DNA of 64,000 nt. Source: a virus. Every line of letters begins with the position of its first letter. Position 1 is the stretch's first letter. This document shows positions 1 through 9,889 of this stretch, piece after piece. The notes under the pieces are model-generated. The model was given only the letters and a program-made list of their open reading frames with translations. It made no database searches and had not been told where the DNA came from. Location of the stretch: the IMG/VR virus record IMGVR_UViG_3300025322_000015, positions 8,666-72,665 of that record; one strand, given 5' to 3'. A program made the translations under genes and the position numbers.

Positions 1-102
1 CTGCTGCTGGTTGAGTGCGACGATTTTATTCAGATCACCGGTGAAATCTTCACCAGCCGTCTCCGAATACATGAATTCCGCAGGCACACGAAAGATTGCC
101 AT
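1..102 (-). CDS. 5' part of a probable capsid decoration/cement protein (DUF2190-like), running off the window edge
   Basis: Not in ORF track. ATG at 102 with GGAG upstream; MAIFRVPAEFMYSETAGEDFTGDLNKIVALNQQQ; follows the scaffold gene. Confidence 0.45.
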   Translation of the reverse strand, partial: MAIFRVPAEFMYSETAGEDFTGDLNKIVALNQQQ

Positions 103-172
103 TTCCGTTTTCTCCAAATCTTCAGTAAGGAATCAAGGTCGGGGGCTGAGATTCTACACCCAGCCCTCTCGA

Positions 173-1423
173 CTAGTTGGCGTCGGACTCACGATACGCA
201 GCGAACTCGTCCGGGTATTCCGTGCGCGCCTTGGTCATCGCAGCGGCGTGGCCGAGACTGTCACGCTTTTGGATTTCACGCACCTTGCCCATGAACGGAT
301 GCGAAGCACCCTTCCGCAGGCCCGACTGCCGGCCGATGTCTTCGCCGCCACCATCACCGAGACGAGTGAACGCCGATTTGATGGCACCCTCGCCGGCCGC
401 CAGCATCTTCACGATGGAAGCCTGAACATCTTCGGAAAGACTCTCGATCCCCTTCAGGACGTGGGCCTTCTCGATATCGGTGCCGGGCAGGTTCGTGTAA
501 GCAGCCTTGGCCACCTTCTCGTATTCGCCCATCTGGCGAGCAGCCTTCTCGGTAGCGGCCGACTTCACCGCCGACTCGATTTCCTCGGACTGCGCCTTCA
601 GGATAGCGAACATCTCGTCGCCGACCGAAGACTTCCGAATCGTCTGGCCCTTGACCGTCAGGGTCTCGTCGTCGGCAGCCTTGCCCATCTTCTTCTTGCG
701 ATCGCCGGCCGACAAACCGCGGAAAGCCTTCTGCTCCTCGCGGCCCAGGCTGGACATGTAAGCCTTTTCCTGGTCGTTCATCGAGGCCTTAGCGGTCTCC
801 ACCTCGAGCGAAGTGGTGAGCTCCTCGACCTTAGCAGTCAGGGATTCGACCTGAGTCGTCAGTTCAGCAGCCACACCAGCATCCGTAGAAGCCTTCGTGA
901 GATCCTCGAGCTTCTTCTCCAGATCAGAAATCTGAACCTTCATCTGCTCGGTGGTCAACACCTTCGCCATATCCTCAATCTCCTCAGTTGATTTACCCAA
1001 AGCTGACATCATTACCATGTCGGCTTCGCTCCACATCCGTCTGATAACGGACATGAAATCTTCTACCGTGTTCCTAGCCATGGTAAGTTTAGTTTCCGGA
1101 GGAGTAACAGGATCTCCGGCAATCGATCTGAGCGACGTTTCCATTGCATTGATAATGGGCCCAACGTGCTCAAGCGCTTCGTAATACTGCTCGCATCGCA
1201 TCGTCTCGGAAAGAACAGTCGAGAACGGAACGGCGCCATCCATCGGATCAATATATCGTTTTGTAAGGGCTCCAATATCGAGTTTCGTCATATCAACATC
1301 TCCATCCGCACTTTTGGCAATGCGCATGAGTGCGCCCTGTTGGGCCGGAGTATCAACAGCACTGATTTCGCCGATCTCAAAAGCGCGCATAATCTTCTGT
1401 TCTTTGTTCTTACCCTTACTCAT
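173..1423 (-). CDS. head scaffolding / maturation-associated protein
   Basis: N-terminal EISAVDTPAQQGA motif typical of head maturation proteins, long coiled coil, position between protease and capsid genes. Confidence 0.6.
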   Translation of the reverse strand: MSKGKNKEQKIMRAFEIGEISAVDTPAQQGALMRIAKSADGDVDMTKLDIGALTKRYIDPMDGAVPFSTVLSETMRCEQYYEALEHVGPIINAMETSLRSIAGDPVTPPETKLTMARNTVEDFMSVIRRMWSEADMVMMSALGKSTEEIEDMAKVLTTEQMKVQISDLEKKLEDLTKASTDAGVAAELTTQVESLTAKVEELTTSLEVETAKASMNDQEKAYMSSLGREEQKAFRGLSAGDRKKKMGKAADDETLTVKGQTIRKSSVGDEMFAILKAQSEEIESAVKSAATEKAARQMGEYEKVAKAAYTNLPGTDIEKAHVLKGIESLSEDVQASIVKMLAAGEGAIKSAFTRLGDGGGEDIGRQSGLRKGASHPFMGKVREIQKRDSLGHAAAMTKARTEYPDEFAAYRESDAN

Positions 1424-2592
1424 GCGCCTACCTCTTCATCAAGTAACCGGCGACCGCCAATACTAAACCCGGTGTACGTCCCGTTCTTAAACTTCTCGAG
1501 GATGTCAGGCCGGTCTACTTTCATGCCGATCATCAATCCTGTAGTTGGGGAAGCAATACCCATCGCCTTCGCAATATCTGTTGTCAAGGGAAATGCGAAG
1601 ATTACTTCTCCGGCACGTTCTACTGACTCCGCATCATTTCCCCGATAGCGATGCATGTGTCCACCGATGCGGGATTTCTGCATGTAGTTGGCCGAAGCGA
1701 CGAGCATCGAATCCTCAGGAATGTGATCGCCCTGGACGTCAAAATACTCCTTGCCGCGAATCTTCGAGATGATTGCCCAACCGAAGACGATACCGAGTTC
1801 TTCGTTGACTTCCTCGACCTTGGCAACGTGGAACACCTTCTCGGTGATCGAATCGTGCCAATCATCTTTTACAACGTTGAAGCGCTCAGGACCGAAGAGC
1901 AGCACACCTGTAAAGGGATGCACCTTGGTAAGATCAACGTCACCGGCATCCCAGGATATCGTCACGTGCGGGGTGTATTGGAAGTGATCCCAGGTCGCAC
2001 CAACGGAGCGCAGATAATCCCAGCGCTCGTTCAACTCATTAGATTTGAATTGCAGAACGACAGCACCACCATCACCCAACGCGACAACTTCCCGCCCAGC
2101 TGTATCCTCAGCAGCAAGAGTAGAAGTCACGGAAGCGGGCCACTCAAGCGGAGCGTGCGAGTACGCGATGGTTACGTGAAGGTCTCCAGGCTGTAGCACT
2201 GTCTTGAATCCCTGTGCCTTCGCCCACTTAATAAACTCATCGGAATTGATTAAACGACGACTGACATACATCGAACGTTCAGCTGAACGTTTCTCAATCC
2301 CAGGACCATGAGCTTCGCATACAGCACCAAGCCGTACAGCAGCATTATGTATTGATTGGATGTCTGTAAGATCGTTACGGGAATTCCGCGCACCAATCTT
2401 GGCAATCCACCGGTCATCGTCACCCCTCTCCCAGTTTTCCTTGACCGCCGCCCATGCCGATTGCTTGGCAACGGGTTCGGATGCTCCGGATTCTATTTGA
2501 GAGTTTGCGACTTCTCTGAATACAGTCTGTGCTGCCTCGGGGAGAGCTGATCTCACCGACTCAGGAAGGTCAGCGTTCGATTGCCATGGCAT
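1420..2592 (-). CDS. ChaB-like + Acb1-like 2H phosphoesterase + XkdF-like prohead serine protease fusion
   Basis: MPWQSNADLPESVRSALP (ChaB); LHVTIAYS and PHVTISW (two HxT motifs); GIVFGWA...DVQGDHI...GHMH...TYTGFSIGG (XkdF). Start taken at ATG 2592; ORF is open to 2745. Confidence 0.85.
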   Translation of the reverse strand: MPWQSNADLPESVRSALPEAAQTVFREVANSQIESGASEPVAKQSAWAAVKENWERGDDDRWIAKIGARNSRNDLTDIQSIHNAAVRLGAVCEAHGPGIEKRSAERSMYVSRRLINSDEFIKWAKAQGFKTVLQPGDLHVTIAYSHAPLEWPASVTSTLAAEDTAGREVVALGDGGAVVLQFKSNELNERWDYLRSVGATWDHFQYTPHVTISWDAGDVDLTKVHPFTGVLLFGPERFNVVKDDWHDSITEKVFHVAKVEEVNEELGIVFGWAIISKIRGKEYFDVQGDHIPEDSMLVASANYMQKSRIGGHMHRYRGNDAESVERAGEVIFAFPLTTDIAKAMGIASPTTGLMIGMKVDRPDILEKFKNGTYTGFSIGGRRLLDEEVGA

Positions 2593-2933
2593 ATGTGCTG
2601 GGGAGCTACGGAGAGCGCTGGCAGCCACCGTAGTGCGGTAGGGGCCGGTCCTCGTAGGACGACAAAAGTAGCATACCCCTTTACGTGACGCAATATAGGA
2701 AAATTCGACGAAACATGCGAATGGCTCCGAAATCCATGGAGCCATTCATTCTCGATAGATTGTTATGAAGTCTTTAGCATTGCACGGCTCTCGGCGAGCA
2801 GCGCCTCTATAGTTTTCCTCCGAGCTTCGTCGTCGTAACGAATGATATCAAACTCCCGTTCGCTGTCATCCCAGACGAATCTACTCACTACTTTCTTCTG
2901 TGCAACCTTCTTTGTTCTTGCCATCATCTCCAC

Positions 2934-4997
2934 CTATGGTAGTAGTTCGAGAACTACTGCATTCGCTTTAATTTCTCGAACGATAAACTTGGAACCTCTA
3001 TCAAGAAGTATTTCGAATTCGGTTTTGTTGGATGTCAACTTTTCCATGGAGATCGCTCTAGAGCCCTTAGGAAGAAGAATCTCGACAACAAAACCGCTGC
3101 CGTGTATCCAATTCGCCGCAAAGCTCCTGCTCATGCTAGTGCTTAACACAGCTTGATCTATAAGCACTGTTTGCCCAATTTGCAAGCTCGCAAAGGTGCG
3201 TTTCCACCTACTGCCCTTCATGCCGCGGTAGACGATGACGTCCTCAGCGAGAACGGCTTTTGCAAAAGCACTGTCAAGCTCAGCTATCATCCTGTCGGCA
3301 CTACGCATCGTATCAGCATAACCAAGGAATGGAGCGTCACCGTACCGCAACCGCTTCACTACCTGTTTATTGATTATTTCATAACCGTAACCAGAAGTGT
3401 AGTGCTTTAGCGTATCCATTTCGGCTAGTGTTAATTTTGCCGTGAAACCTTCTTTATACAAATCGTCTAAAAGTTCACGCATCTCCATTGTTTTCAAATT
3501 ACTGATAAAATCTTCTGGATTTTTCCCAGTACCTTTCGGAGGTTTCGTAACTGTTGTAGGCACACCATATTCATACTTAGCAGCCTGTACAACATCTTCA
3601 CCGGCGATAGTCTTAGTTGATGTCGACGTGATGCCACGGTTCTTTGCAGCTTGTCGAACAACCTCAGTATACTTCTTTGCCGCTTTCAATTCAGCAAGTT
3701 CTAAAGCCTCCGCCGTCTTCAAGGCCGCGCTGAGTATCTTGTCTGCTTCAGCAATTTGAGCAGCTTCTACATTCTTTAGAACATCAGCCACCTGCGAGTT
3801 CAGCTGATTGAATGCTCCTCGTGCTGCATCATTATCAGCAAAGGTGACAAAGCCATCAGCGTAGTCAGTATCGTACGAGGTTTTAAGACTCGTGTATATT
3901 GGCGGAGGGGCAGGTTTTGGCGTAACAACAATCGGGCGTTGTAACGCTGTACTCTGACCCGGTGGAAGTATTTTCGTGAGCGTAGTACAGCGGCATTGAA
4001 TAGTCTCCGCCGCTGGTGCTGATCTATCTCCAGGATACATCAATTTCGCACCAGATACGCTAACGAAATGTTCTTCAGCACCGCGCTCTTGTTTGTTTAG
4101 AAAGAAGTGTGTCTGACGCTCACGACCATCTACATTCGTACGCCAGGTGCGGCGGATGCGGCCCATCTCCAAATCAACTTTAGTAGCCGTCTGCATCATC
4201 GCTTGATGTCGTGCCACATTGGTCGTACTCAGCATCTCCGTACGCGCGATAGTTTCCGCGCGCATAGACAACATCCGTTCCTGGTAGCGACCCACCATCC
4301 TATCGATTTGAGAAGTAGATAATTGAACACCTCGATCGATTGCACGAGATACAGAGGAATCAAATCGACGATCCCGAAGAGTACGATCCAGCGCTTCCGA
4401 ACTTCCACTCTGTAGAAGGCTACGATAGTTGGAGACTGCTCCCATCTGGCGTTGTGTCAAGCCAATCTGATCACGAAACAACCTTGAGGCCTCGATGGGA
4501 CTCATACCTTCTTTCAACGCACGTGCGAGGACAGTACGAATTGCTTTCCTTTGCGCATCTACTATCTCACGAATGAATTCAAGAAGTGATTGACGCATCA
4601 AGCGTGCAGCATCAGCACTACCAGGATCGAACGATAGATTGACTGTCGGGCTAACTTCTATCTTCTTGACTTGCGTGATATCCAATTCTTTAATCAGCCA
4701 GCGCGTCTCGAAGTTTCCTGCGTTCTCGAAGACGGTAGGAAGAACCTCTGAAAAGTCTTCTACAAGATCGTCGGTGACGGATAAGCACTGCACAAGCCTG
4801 TTGGCGGCGTACATGTCACGGAACTTGCCGACCACATCATCTGACTTACAGCCCTCCAGAAATGTATTGAAGGCTGCGCGAATCAGAGTCTCTTGACCGG
4901 TCTCGAATGTAACGATACGTCGCACATCGGGAGGTAAGGCCTTACCTAGAACGGCGTGCTTGCACTGCACGATTCGAGACTGCGGAATAAACTGCAT
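2934..4997 (-). CDS. MuF (gpF/SPP1 gp7-like) minor head protein fused to a C-terminal VIP2-like ADP-ribosyltransferase
   Basis: ETIARTE...RTWRT..DGRER.TH...LMYPGD...ETIQCRC (MuF); VYRG, LSTS, TEFEILL (R-S-E ART motifs). Confidence 0.88.
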   Translation of the reverse strand: MQFIPQSRIVQCKHAVLGKALPPDVRRIVTFETGQETLIRAAFNTFLEGCKSDDVVGKFRDMYAANRLVQCLSVTDDLVEDFSEVLPTVFENAGNFETRWLIKELDITQVKKIEVSPTVNLSFDPGSADAARLMRQSLLEFIREIVDAQRKAIRTVLARALKEGMSPIEASRLFRDQIGLTQRQMGAVSNYRSLLQSGSSEALDRTLRDRRFDSSVSRAIDRGVQLSTSQIDRMVGRYQERMLSMRAETIARTEMLSTTNVARHQAMMQTATKVDLEMGRIRRTWRTNVDGRERQTHFFLNKQERGAEEHFVSVSGAKLMYPGDRSAPAAETIQCRCTTLTKILPPGQSTALQRPIVVTPKPAPPPIYTSLKTSYDTDYADGFVTFADNDAARGAFNQLNSQVADVLKNVEAAQIAEADKILSAALKTAEALELAELKAAKKYTEVVRQAAKNRGITSTSTKTIAGEDVVQAAKYEYGVPTTVTKPPKGTGKNPEDFISNLKTMEMRELLDDLYKEGFTAKLTLAEMDTLKHYTSGYGYEIINKQVVKRLRYGDAPFLGYADTMRSADRMIAELDSAFAKAVLAEDVIVYRGMKGSRWKRTFASLQIGQTVLIDQAVLSTSMSRSFAANWIHGSGFVVEILLPKGSRAISMEKLTSNKTEFEILLDRGSKFIVREIKANAVVLELLP

Positions 4998-5552
4998 CTA
5001 ACCCTCCAACCACTCAACAGTAGGGGAACCTAAAAGAGTGGCTGTCCAACCACTCATGCTCCGTACTCGATCCCTGAACTCTGATTCTTTAGCTGCGATC
5101 CAATGCTTCTGATATTTGGAAGCCTCTGTCCACGGCAGACCCCGCTTGTGAGCGTGGTAATGGGGCATCGCCGGGTCGATAGGCACGCCGCACAAAACGA
5201 CCGCTGTCGCGCCAGCTCGCAAGGCTGCGAACGCTGCCAGCATGCCGGACGATCCCCCAACCGCGTTCACGGTCCGCGTTCCCTTTGGAGCCGCCCGCGT
5301 TGGGCCGCCCTTCCCTGCCCAATATGTGCCTGCTGGATCTAATCCACGCGCCGCTCGCTCCCTAGACCACTTGCCCAACTGATCCGAATGATATGAAACC
5401 CAGTGATCTATTTTTCCTGGGTAGTCGATACCGATGTCGTTGACGACAACCACCATGTCAGGCATACACAGATCCTGGGCTGACGCAAGGTCAGCCCAGA
5501 CGCACTTAGCACCTCCGAGAACGAAGGCTATAACCCTAGCTGAGGGAGCCAC
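4998..5552 (-). CDS. putative GT-D/Maf-like glycosyltransferase-related protein
   Basis: VLGGA...VVVVND...GGSSGMLA...AGATAVVLCGVPID pattern; position in the GT cluster. Confidence 0.5.
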   Translation of the reverse strand: MAPSARVIAFVLGGAKCVWADLASAQDLCMPDMVVVVNDIGIDYPGKIDHWVSYHSDQLGKWSRERAARGLDPAGTYWAGKGGPTRAAPKGTRTVNAVGGSSGMLAAFAALRAGATAVVLCGVPIDPAMPHYHAHKRGLPWTEASKYQKHWIAAKESEFRDRVRSMSGWTATLLGSPTVEWLEG

Positions 5553-6318
5553 CGCGATTCGCCCACGAGTTTAGTACACGATGGTAGTCATCGTAGAATT
5601 CAGTATTCTCACGGGCGAGGATATCAGGACTGCCGAGCGTCCAGTGAATCAAGTTCAATGGCTCAGAGCCGATTGCAAGCTCGCTCACGGTAACAAGGTG
5701 GTTCCACGTCGGCGGCAGCTCGCCGATCTCGTCATCCTGTAGCCAGCAGAAGCGATGTAAGTCCCGGCCAGGAAGAGTGTTGACCATTTCAACGGTCAGC
5801 TTCTCGTTCGCCGGATGCTCGCAGTTGAACAGCATCACCGAAGACCAGTTCTTCCTTGGGTAGACCGTCTGCACCTCACCGCTCTTCTTCTTGGTCTCCA
5901 CAGGAACGTGATTATGCTTTACGCACATCACAGCTTTGGAGGAATCGGCGAGTGCGAAGACGTCGGCCGGATCGGCCAGGAACATCGTATCGCAGTCAGC
6001 AAACAATGCCCAACCTTCCTTTTGGATGACCGGAACAAGGAAGCGGGAGTTGGCGAACTCCGAAGACATTGGAGCCTCGCTGATGCAGTCCCACAACTTG
6101 CCCTCGCTGCTCACAGACGTCTTGCGTGTATACAACCCCTGCCGGCGAAGCGTGTCGAGAACCAGGCCTCGGATCTCGATACTCTCACGCATGTGGCCGA
6201 CCGCCGACTTCACGCACACGACGAAGTTATTAGTCTCACGAGAGTCGAACCCAATAAAAATGCTACGCGTAGGTGACAACGTAATCTCCTGACTTTTCCC
6301 AAACAAGTTTATAACCAA
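5536..6318 (-). CDS. glycosyltransferase (GT-A, GT8-like)
   Basis: IFIGFDSRE, SEFANSRFLVP, ALFADCD (DxD), YPRKNWSSVMLFN; exact start uncertain. Confidence 0.75.
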   Translation of the reverse strand: MVINLFGKSQEITLSPTRSIFIGFDSRETNNFVVCVKSAVGHMRESIEIRGLVLDTLRRQGLYTRKTSVSSEGKLWDCISEAPMSSEFANSRFLVPVIQKEGWALFADCDTMFLADPADVFALADSSKAVMCVKHNHVPVETKKKSGEVQTVYPRKNWSSVMLFNCEHPANEKLTVEMVNTLPGRDLHRFCWLQDDEIGELPPTWNHLVTVSELAIGSEPLNLIHWTLGSPDILARENTEFYDDYHRVLNSWANRGGSLS

Positions 6319-6934
6319 GTGCGATCAGATACTCCAGGGCTGCCAAACGTCTGATGTTGAATCGTTCGGCATTCCCAGGTTTCTGCTCGAGTATAATGAC
6401 AGGCTTGTCTTCTTGTATTGTTCTTTTTGCTCCTTGTACTACAAATAATTCCCAGCCCTCTACATCGATCTTGAGGAGATCGATCTTGCGACCTAGAGGG
6501 AAGTTGTCCAACGCGTACGTGCGCGTAAAACTAGCGCCTTGCGCAGGCTTATCGACAACATGGGCGTTGCCGCTGTTGCCTTGAACATACGCGATACTGA
6601 TATCGTCGTTCGTATGCGACAGTGCCATATGGTAGCATATCGCATTATCGATATCATTGCAGTTGCGATTCCAACACTCGTAAAGCGCGAGGTGAGGCTC
6701 GAATGCTACGACTTCCTCGAACATCGTAGAGAGCACATGCGACCACAGTCCAACATGGGCCCCGACGTCGACCGCGAGGCCGCGTGCAGACTCGGGAACG
6801 AACCCCACAGCAGCCTGAAGCTTCTTCAGCTGATACGTCCCTCTCTCATTGAGCATCGGGCTGCTCTCGAGGTGATGCTGGAAGTGCGTATCGTCGTCGG
6901 GGAACCACATCCCCTTAATTTCTTTCATCTCCAA
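6263..6934 (-). CDS. FkbM-family SAM methyltransferase
   Basis: VDVGAHVGLW, VAFEP, LLKIDVEGWE. Confidence 0.9.
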   Translation of the reverse strand: MEMKEIKGMWFPDDDTHFQHHLESSPMLNERGTYQLKKLQAAVGFVPESARGLAVDVGAHVGLWSHVLSTMFEEVVAFEPHLALYECWNRNCNDIDNAICYHMALSHTNDDISIAYVQGNSGNAHVVDKPAQGASFTRTYALDNFPLGRKIDLLKIDVEGWELFVVQGAKRTIQEDKPVIILEQKPGNAERFNIRRLAALEYLIALGYKLVWEKSGDYVVTYA

Positions 6935-7716
6935 TAAGGCTCCCGTCTCTCATTCCTGACTTCTACTTTTGACGTCCTGCCGATCTTCTTCCGAGCGCCC
7001 TTCGCATGATCAAGCCGAGCGGCAAGCTCACACCGAACGAATGGATGATGGTAGCGACTGGCATCACCCGATAGGCTGTGGGGATCAGTCATCCAACCCT
7101 CAGCGATTCCCCTACGAACGATCTGCTGAAAGATGTAAGAATCGTGAGTCTCATCCTCCTCAAAAATCTTTCCAGATTCATATATCGTCCGCAACTCCGA
7201 CATGAATCGCACATGCTCAGGGCGCCAACACTTGAACATCATAAAGCCGCATTCAGGATAACCACGATTCCTATGCAACCATGCGAGATAGGTGTCAGAT
7301 CGAAATAGATTGTAGAGCCATTCACAATCGACGTTGTCATGCGCCAAGGTATCGGCATCGATCATGATCAGCAGATCTTCTCCTACGTTTGAAGCTACGT
7401 CTGTCAAGGCTGCGACCTTGTGTCCGAACTTCAAACAATCTCGGCGGAAGTCGTACTCTCGCTTTTCTCTATTCCTCCTTCTGTCACGACCAACAGCATC
7501 AGGGACAGCAGAATACTTCTCTTTGAACTTTGTATACCAGTCCGGAATCTGCCGATATACAACATTGTCGATGACGGGAAGCGTGTTCCGAGGTATGTCC
7601 TCGCTGTAGAAGTAGAGTTTAATCTCCTTCGCCCAATAACGCTGGAAGGTCTTCAACATGCGATGGCCGTATTCGTCGTATCCTCTCTTACTCGTCGTCG
7701 TAACAAGTCGGATCAT
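6925..7716 (-). CDS. glycosyltransferase (GT-A, DxD)
   Basis: KFGHKVAAL, LIMIDADT, YPECGFMMF, HDSYIF, LDHAKG; start taken at MIRLVTT. Confidence 0.7.
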   Translation of the reverse strand: MIRLVTTTSKRGYDEYGHRMLKTFQRYWAKEIKLYFYSEDIPRNTLPVIDNVVYRQIPDWYTKFKEKYSAVPDAVGRDRRRNREKREYDFRRDCLKFGHKVAALTDVASNVGEDLLIMIDADTLAHDNVDCEWLYNLFRSDTYLAWLHRNRGYPECGFMMFKCWRPEHVRFMSELRTIYESGKIFEEDETHDSYIFQQIVRRGIAEGWMTDPHSLSGDASRYHHPFVRCELAARLDHAKGARKKIGRTSKVEVRNERREPYWR

Positions 7717-8227
7717 CGTTAACCTCGTAGTCCGCGCGGATGATAAAGTTCTTGCGATTGTACTTTTTAAGTACATCGTTCCACCACCGAGGTGTACGGA
7801 CCGTCAGGTGTACGTTGACACCGTCATTGAACGACTTCCTCGCCGGCCGGCAGCAGATCGCGAAATACGCAAACTTAGTCGCGTATTGGCAAACGTCTGC
7901 TAAAACTTCTTCGACGTTGTCGTGCGCAATGTGTTCCATCACATCTGTGCAGATAGCTCCGTCGAATCTACCTGTAGGTTTATTCTTGAGTTGTATGACA
8001 CCGACGTCGTAGCATACAGGAAGGATACCGCCCCAGGCTTCATGTACACGAGTCGCAAGATACTGATAGCCTTTCCCGCTTCCGTAATCAAGAAGGGTCT
8101 TGGCTCCGGTATCGCGCACCAGGTCAGTAATATTCTGAACTGAGACTGGTTTTAGAGCACCACTGAACCACTTCGGATGCTCTTGGTGAAGTTCCCTATA
8201 ACGCTTTTCGTATTTGAACGCACCCAT
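7688..8227 (-). CDS. class I SAM-dependent methyltransferase
   Basis: LLDYGSGKG, DGAICTDVMEHI. Confidence 0.85.
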   Translation of the reverse strand: MGAFKYEKRYRELHQEHPKWFSGALKPVSVQNITDLVRDTGAKTLLDYGSGKGYQYLATRVHEAWGGILPVCYDVGVIQLKNKPTGRFDGAICTDVMEHIAHDNVEEVLADVCQYATKFAYFAICCRPARKSFNDGVNVHLTVRTPRWWNDVLKKYNRKNFIIRADYEVNDDPTCYDDE

Positions 8228-9059
8228 TCAACGTACTCCAGAATTTCCCGTCGTTGATTTCGTCAGTACTCCATTGGCAATACGCCAAATCGTTCAGTAT
8301 AGCGTTAACTTCTTCTGCACTTGCCTCCTTTGGTGAAATTACGTCTTCCAGTGTCCGCGATGATATTCCAGCAGTGACAGCATCGCCGAGACAGATTGCA
8401 GGAATGCCGGCAGTTATCGCCTCCATGACAGCATTGCTGCCATAGGTAACCATCGCATGCGCGCCACGAAGATCATCGAGAATATTGTATTCCGTCGAGA
8501 AATCACTGCCAGGAAGTTTCTCAGCGTGGTGCCAGGATTTCTTCGGACGGTACAAAACCTTACGGTCGGTAATCTTCGCAAGCCGATCAACAACATCTTG
8601 CCAATACGGCGTGGGATGTTCGAGGTGGTGAAACATATGATACTTCAAGCTGGATCCCGCGATCAGCACGTGACCCTTCTTTGTCTTCGGACGCCAGCCT
8701 TTGAAGCACCAACCTTCCGCTTCCCTACGATCAGAAGGTGAGTTCAACTTGCCGAGGTACTTCGTGGGTTGGTGGCCTCCATAAGAAATCTTCCACCAAT
8801 TCTTCTCACGGTTGTAGGGCTTGTCGAAGTAGATGTACGGAACGCCCGCCTTGTCGCAGTTGCCGGAAAGGAACACCTGCTTCACGCCGATGAACCCGAC
8901 GACATCGAACTGCGTAACATCTTCGATATAGCCAAGACAATGCACCTCCCAGCCGTGCATCTCCGCGCCGCGTTTGAAAGCCTGGCCTAAGGCGTATTCT
9001 AATTCTTTCCAACCACCACGCTCGGGTCGCTTCTCGGGAACCTGGAAACCTATCTTCAT
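8196..9059 (-). CDS. GT-B / capsule-synthesis (KpsS/KpsC-like) glycosyltransferase paralog 3
   Basis: VLYRPK, MVTYGSNAVMEAITAGIP, LAYCQW; ATGA overlap at the start. Confidence 0.6.
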   Translation of the reverse strand: MKIGFQVPEKRPERGGWKELEYALGQAFKRGAEMHGWEVHCLGYIEDVTQFDVVGFIGVKQVFLSGNCDKAGVPYIYFDKPYNREKNWWKISYGGHQPTKYLGKLNSPSDRREAEGWCFKGWRPKTKKGHVLIAGSSLKYHMFHHLEHPTPYWQDVVDRLAKITDRKVLYRPKKSWHHAEKLPGSDFSTEYNILDDLRGAHAMVTYGSNAVMEAITAGIPAICLGDAVTAGISSRTLEDVISPKEASAEEVNAILNDLAYCQWSTDEINDGKFWSTLNGCVQIRKAL

Positions 9060-9889
9060 ATCGTCAATACCCCCTTGATGTAATCCCAACACTCACCGCT
9101 GCGCATCTCGTTAGGCGTCCATTGCGCGTAAGCCGTGTCATACAATAGTTGCATTTTATCTTCAGTAGTGGGATGTGTTGGGTTAAGTAAAGTATCCTCA
9201 CTGAAATCAGGATTGGAGAGTAAGGAACCAACGCCCTTCTTCGCATAAAAAGGGATACCGGCGACAAGACAATCAACCGCTACATTGCTGTGATGACTGA
9301 CAACGAAGTAGGCCTCGCGCAATGCAGCGTCAATAGTCCCAATCTTCGTTGTTCTGAGATTCTGCTTATTCGGTTTTTGTCTGACGTAGACTGATCCTTG
9401 CGGAAATATCTTCTCAACGGCGTCCTTCGTTTGTTGTTCCCATTGTCCATCTTTGTATCCATGGGTCCAAGCTGCTTTTCCCGACATCCCAACAATCATG
9501 ATGACATTGCTGGTATGATCCCACTCGTCCCTGACGTTCACCTTCAGGCGATTAAATCGATCAGGGGGACAATTCCTACGCATGCGTACAGCTGTATCCC
9601 AATCGTCGATGCCTAGCCGATAATGACCCTCTGTACCTCGATCCCAGTAACCAAGGTCGAGAAAGACAAAATGCTTTCCCGCTGCCTTGTATTTGGAAAA
9701 TAGGTGAGTGGTCAGCTCATTGATCCAACCATACGCGACAGCAACGTCGGCAATTACATTGCCATCAAACTTTTCTGGAGTAAGACAATTAATCCCGTGG
9801 CGACGAAAACCTGTGCGGAATGCATTGCCTAGAAGATTTGGCTTGTCCCGGCCCCAGCCATTGTTTATACCGTATACAGCTACCTTCAC
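9056..9889 (-). CDS. GT-B / capsule-synthesis (KpsS/KpsC-like) glycosyltransferase paralog 2
   Basis: YVRQKP, VVSHHSNVAVDCLVAGIP, TAYAQW. Confidence 0.6.
   Translation of the reverse strand: MKVAVYGINNGWGRDKPNLLGNAFRTGFRRHGINCLTPEKFDGNVIADVAVAYGWINELTTHLFSKYKAAGKHFVFLDLGYWDRGTEGHYRLGIDDWDTAVRMRRNCPPDRFNRLKVNVRDEWDHTSNVIMIVGMSGKAAWTHGYKDGQWEQQTKDAVEKIFPQGSVYVRQKPNKQNLRTTKIGTIDAALREAYFVVSHHSNVAVDCLVAGIPFYAKKGVGSLLSNPDFSEDTLLNPTHPTTEDKMQLLYDTAYAQWTPNEMRSGECWDYIKGVLTI

Noticed and set aside
11-991. 326-aa plus-strand ORF
   Set aside because: Antisense shadow of the scaffold gene, no recognisable motifs
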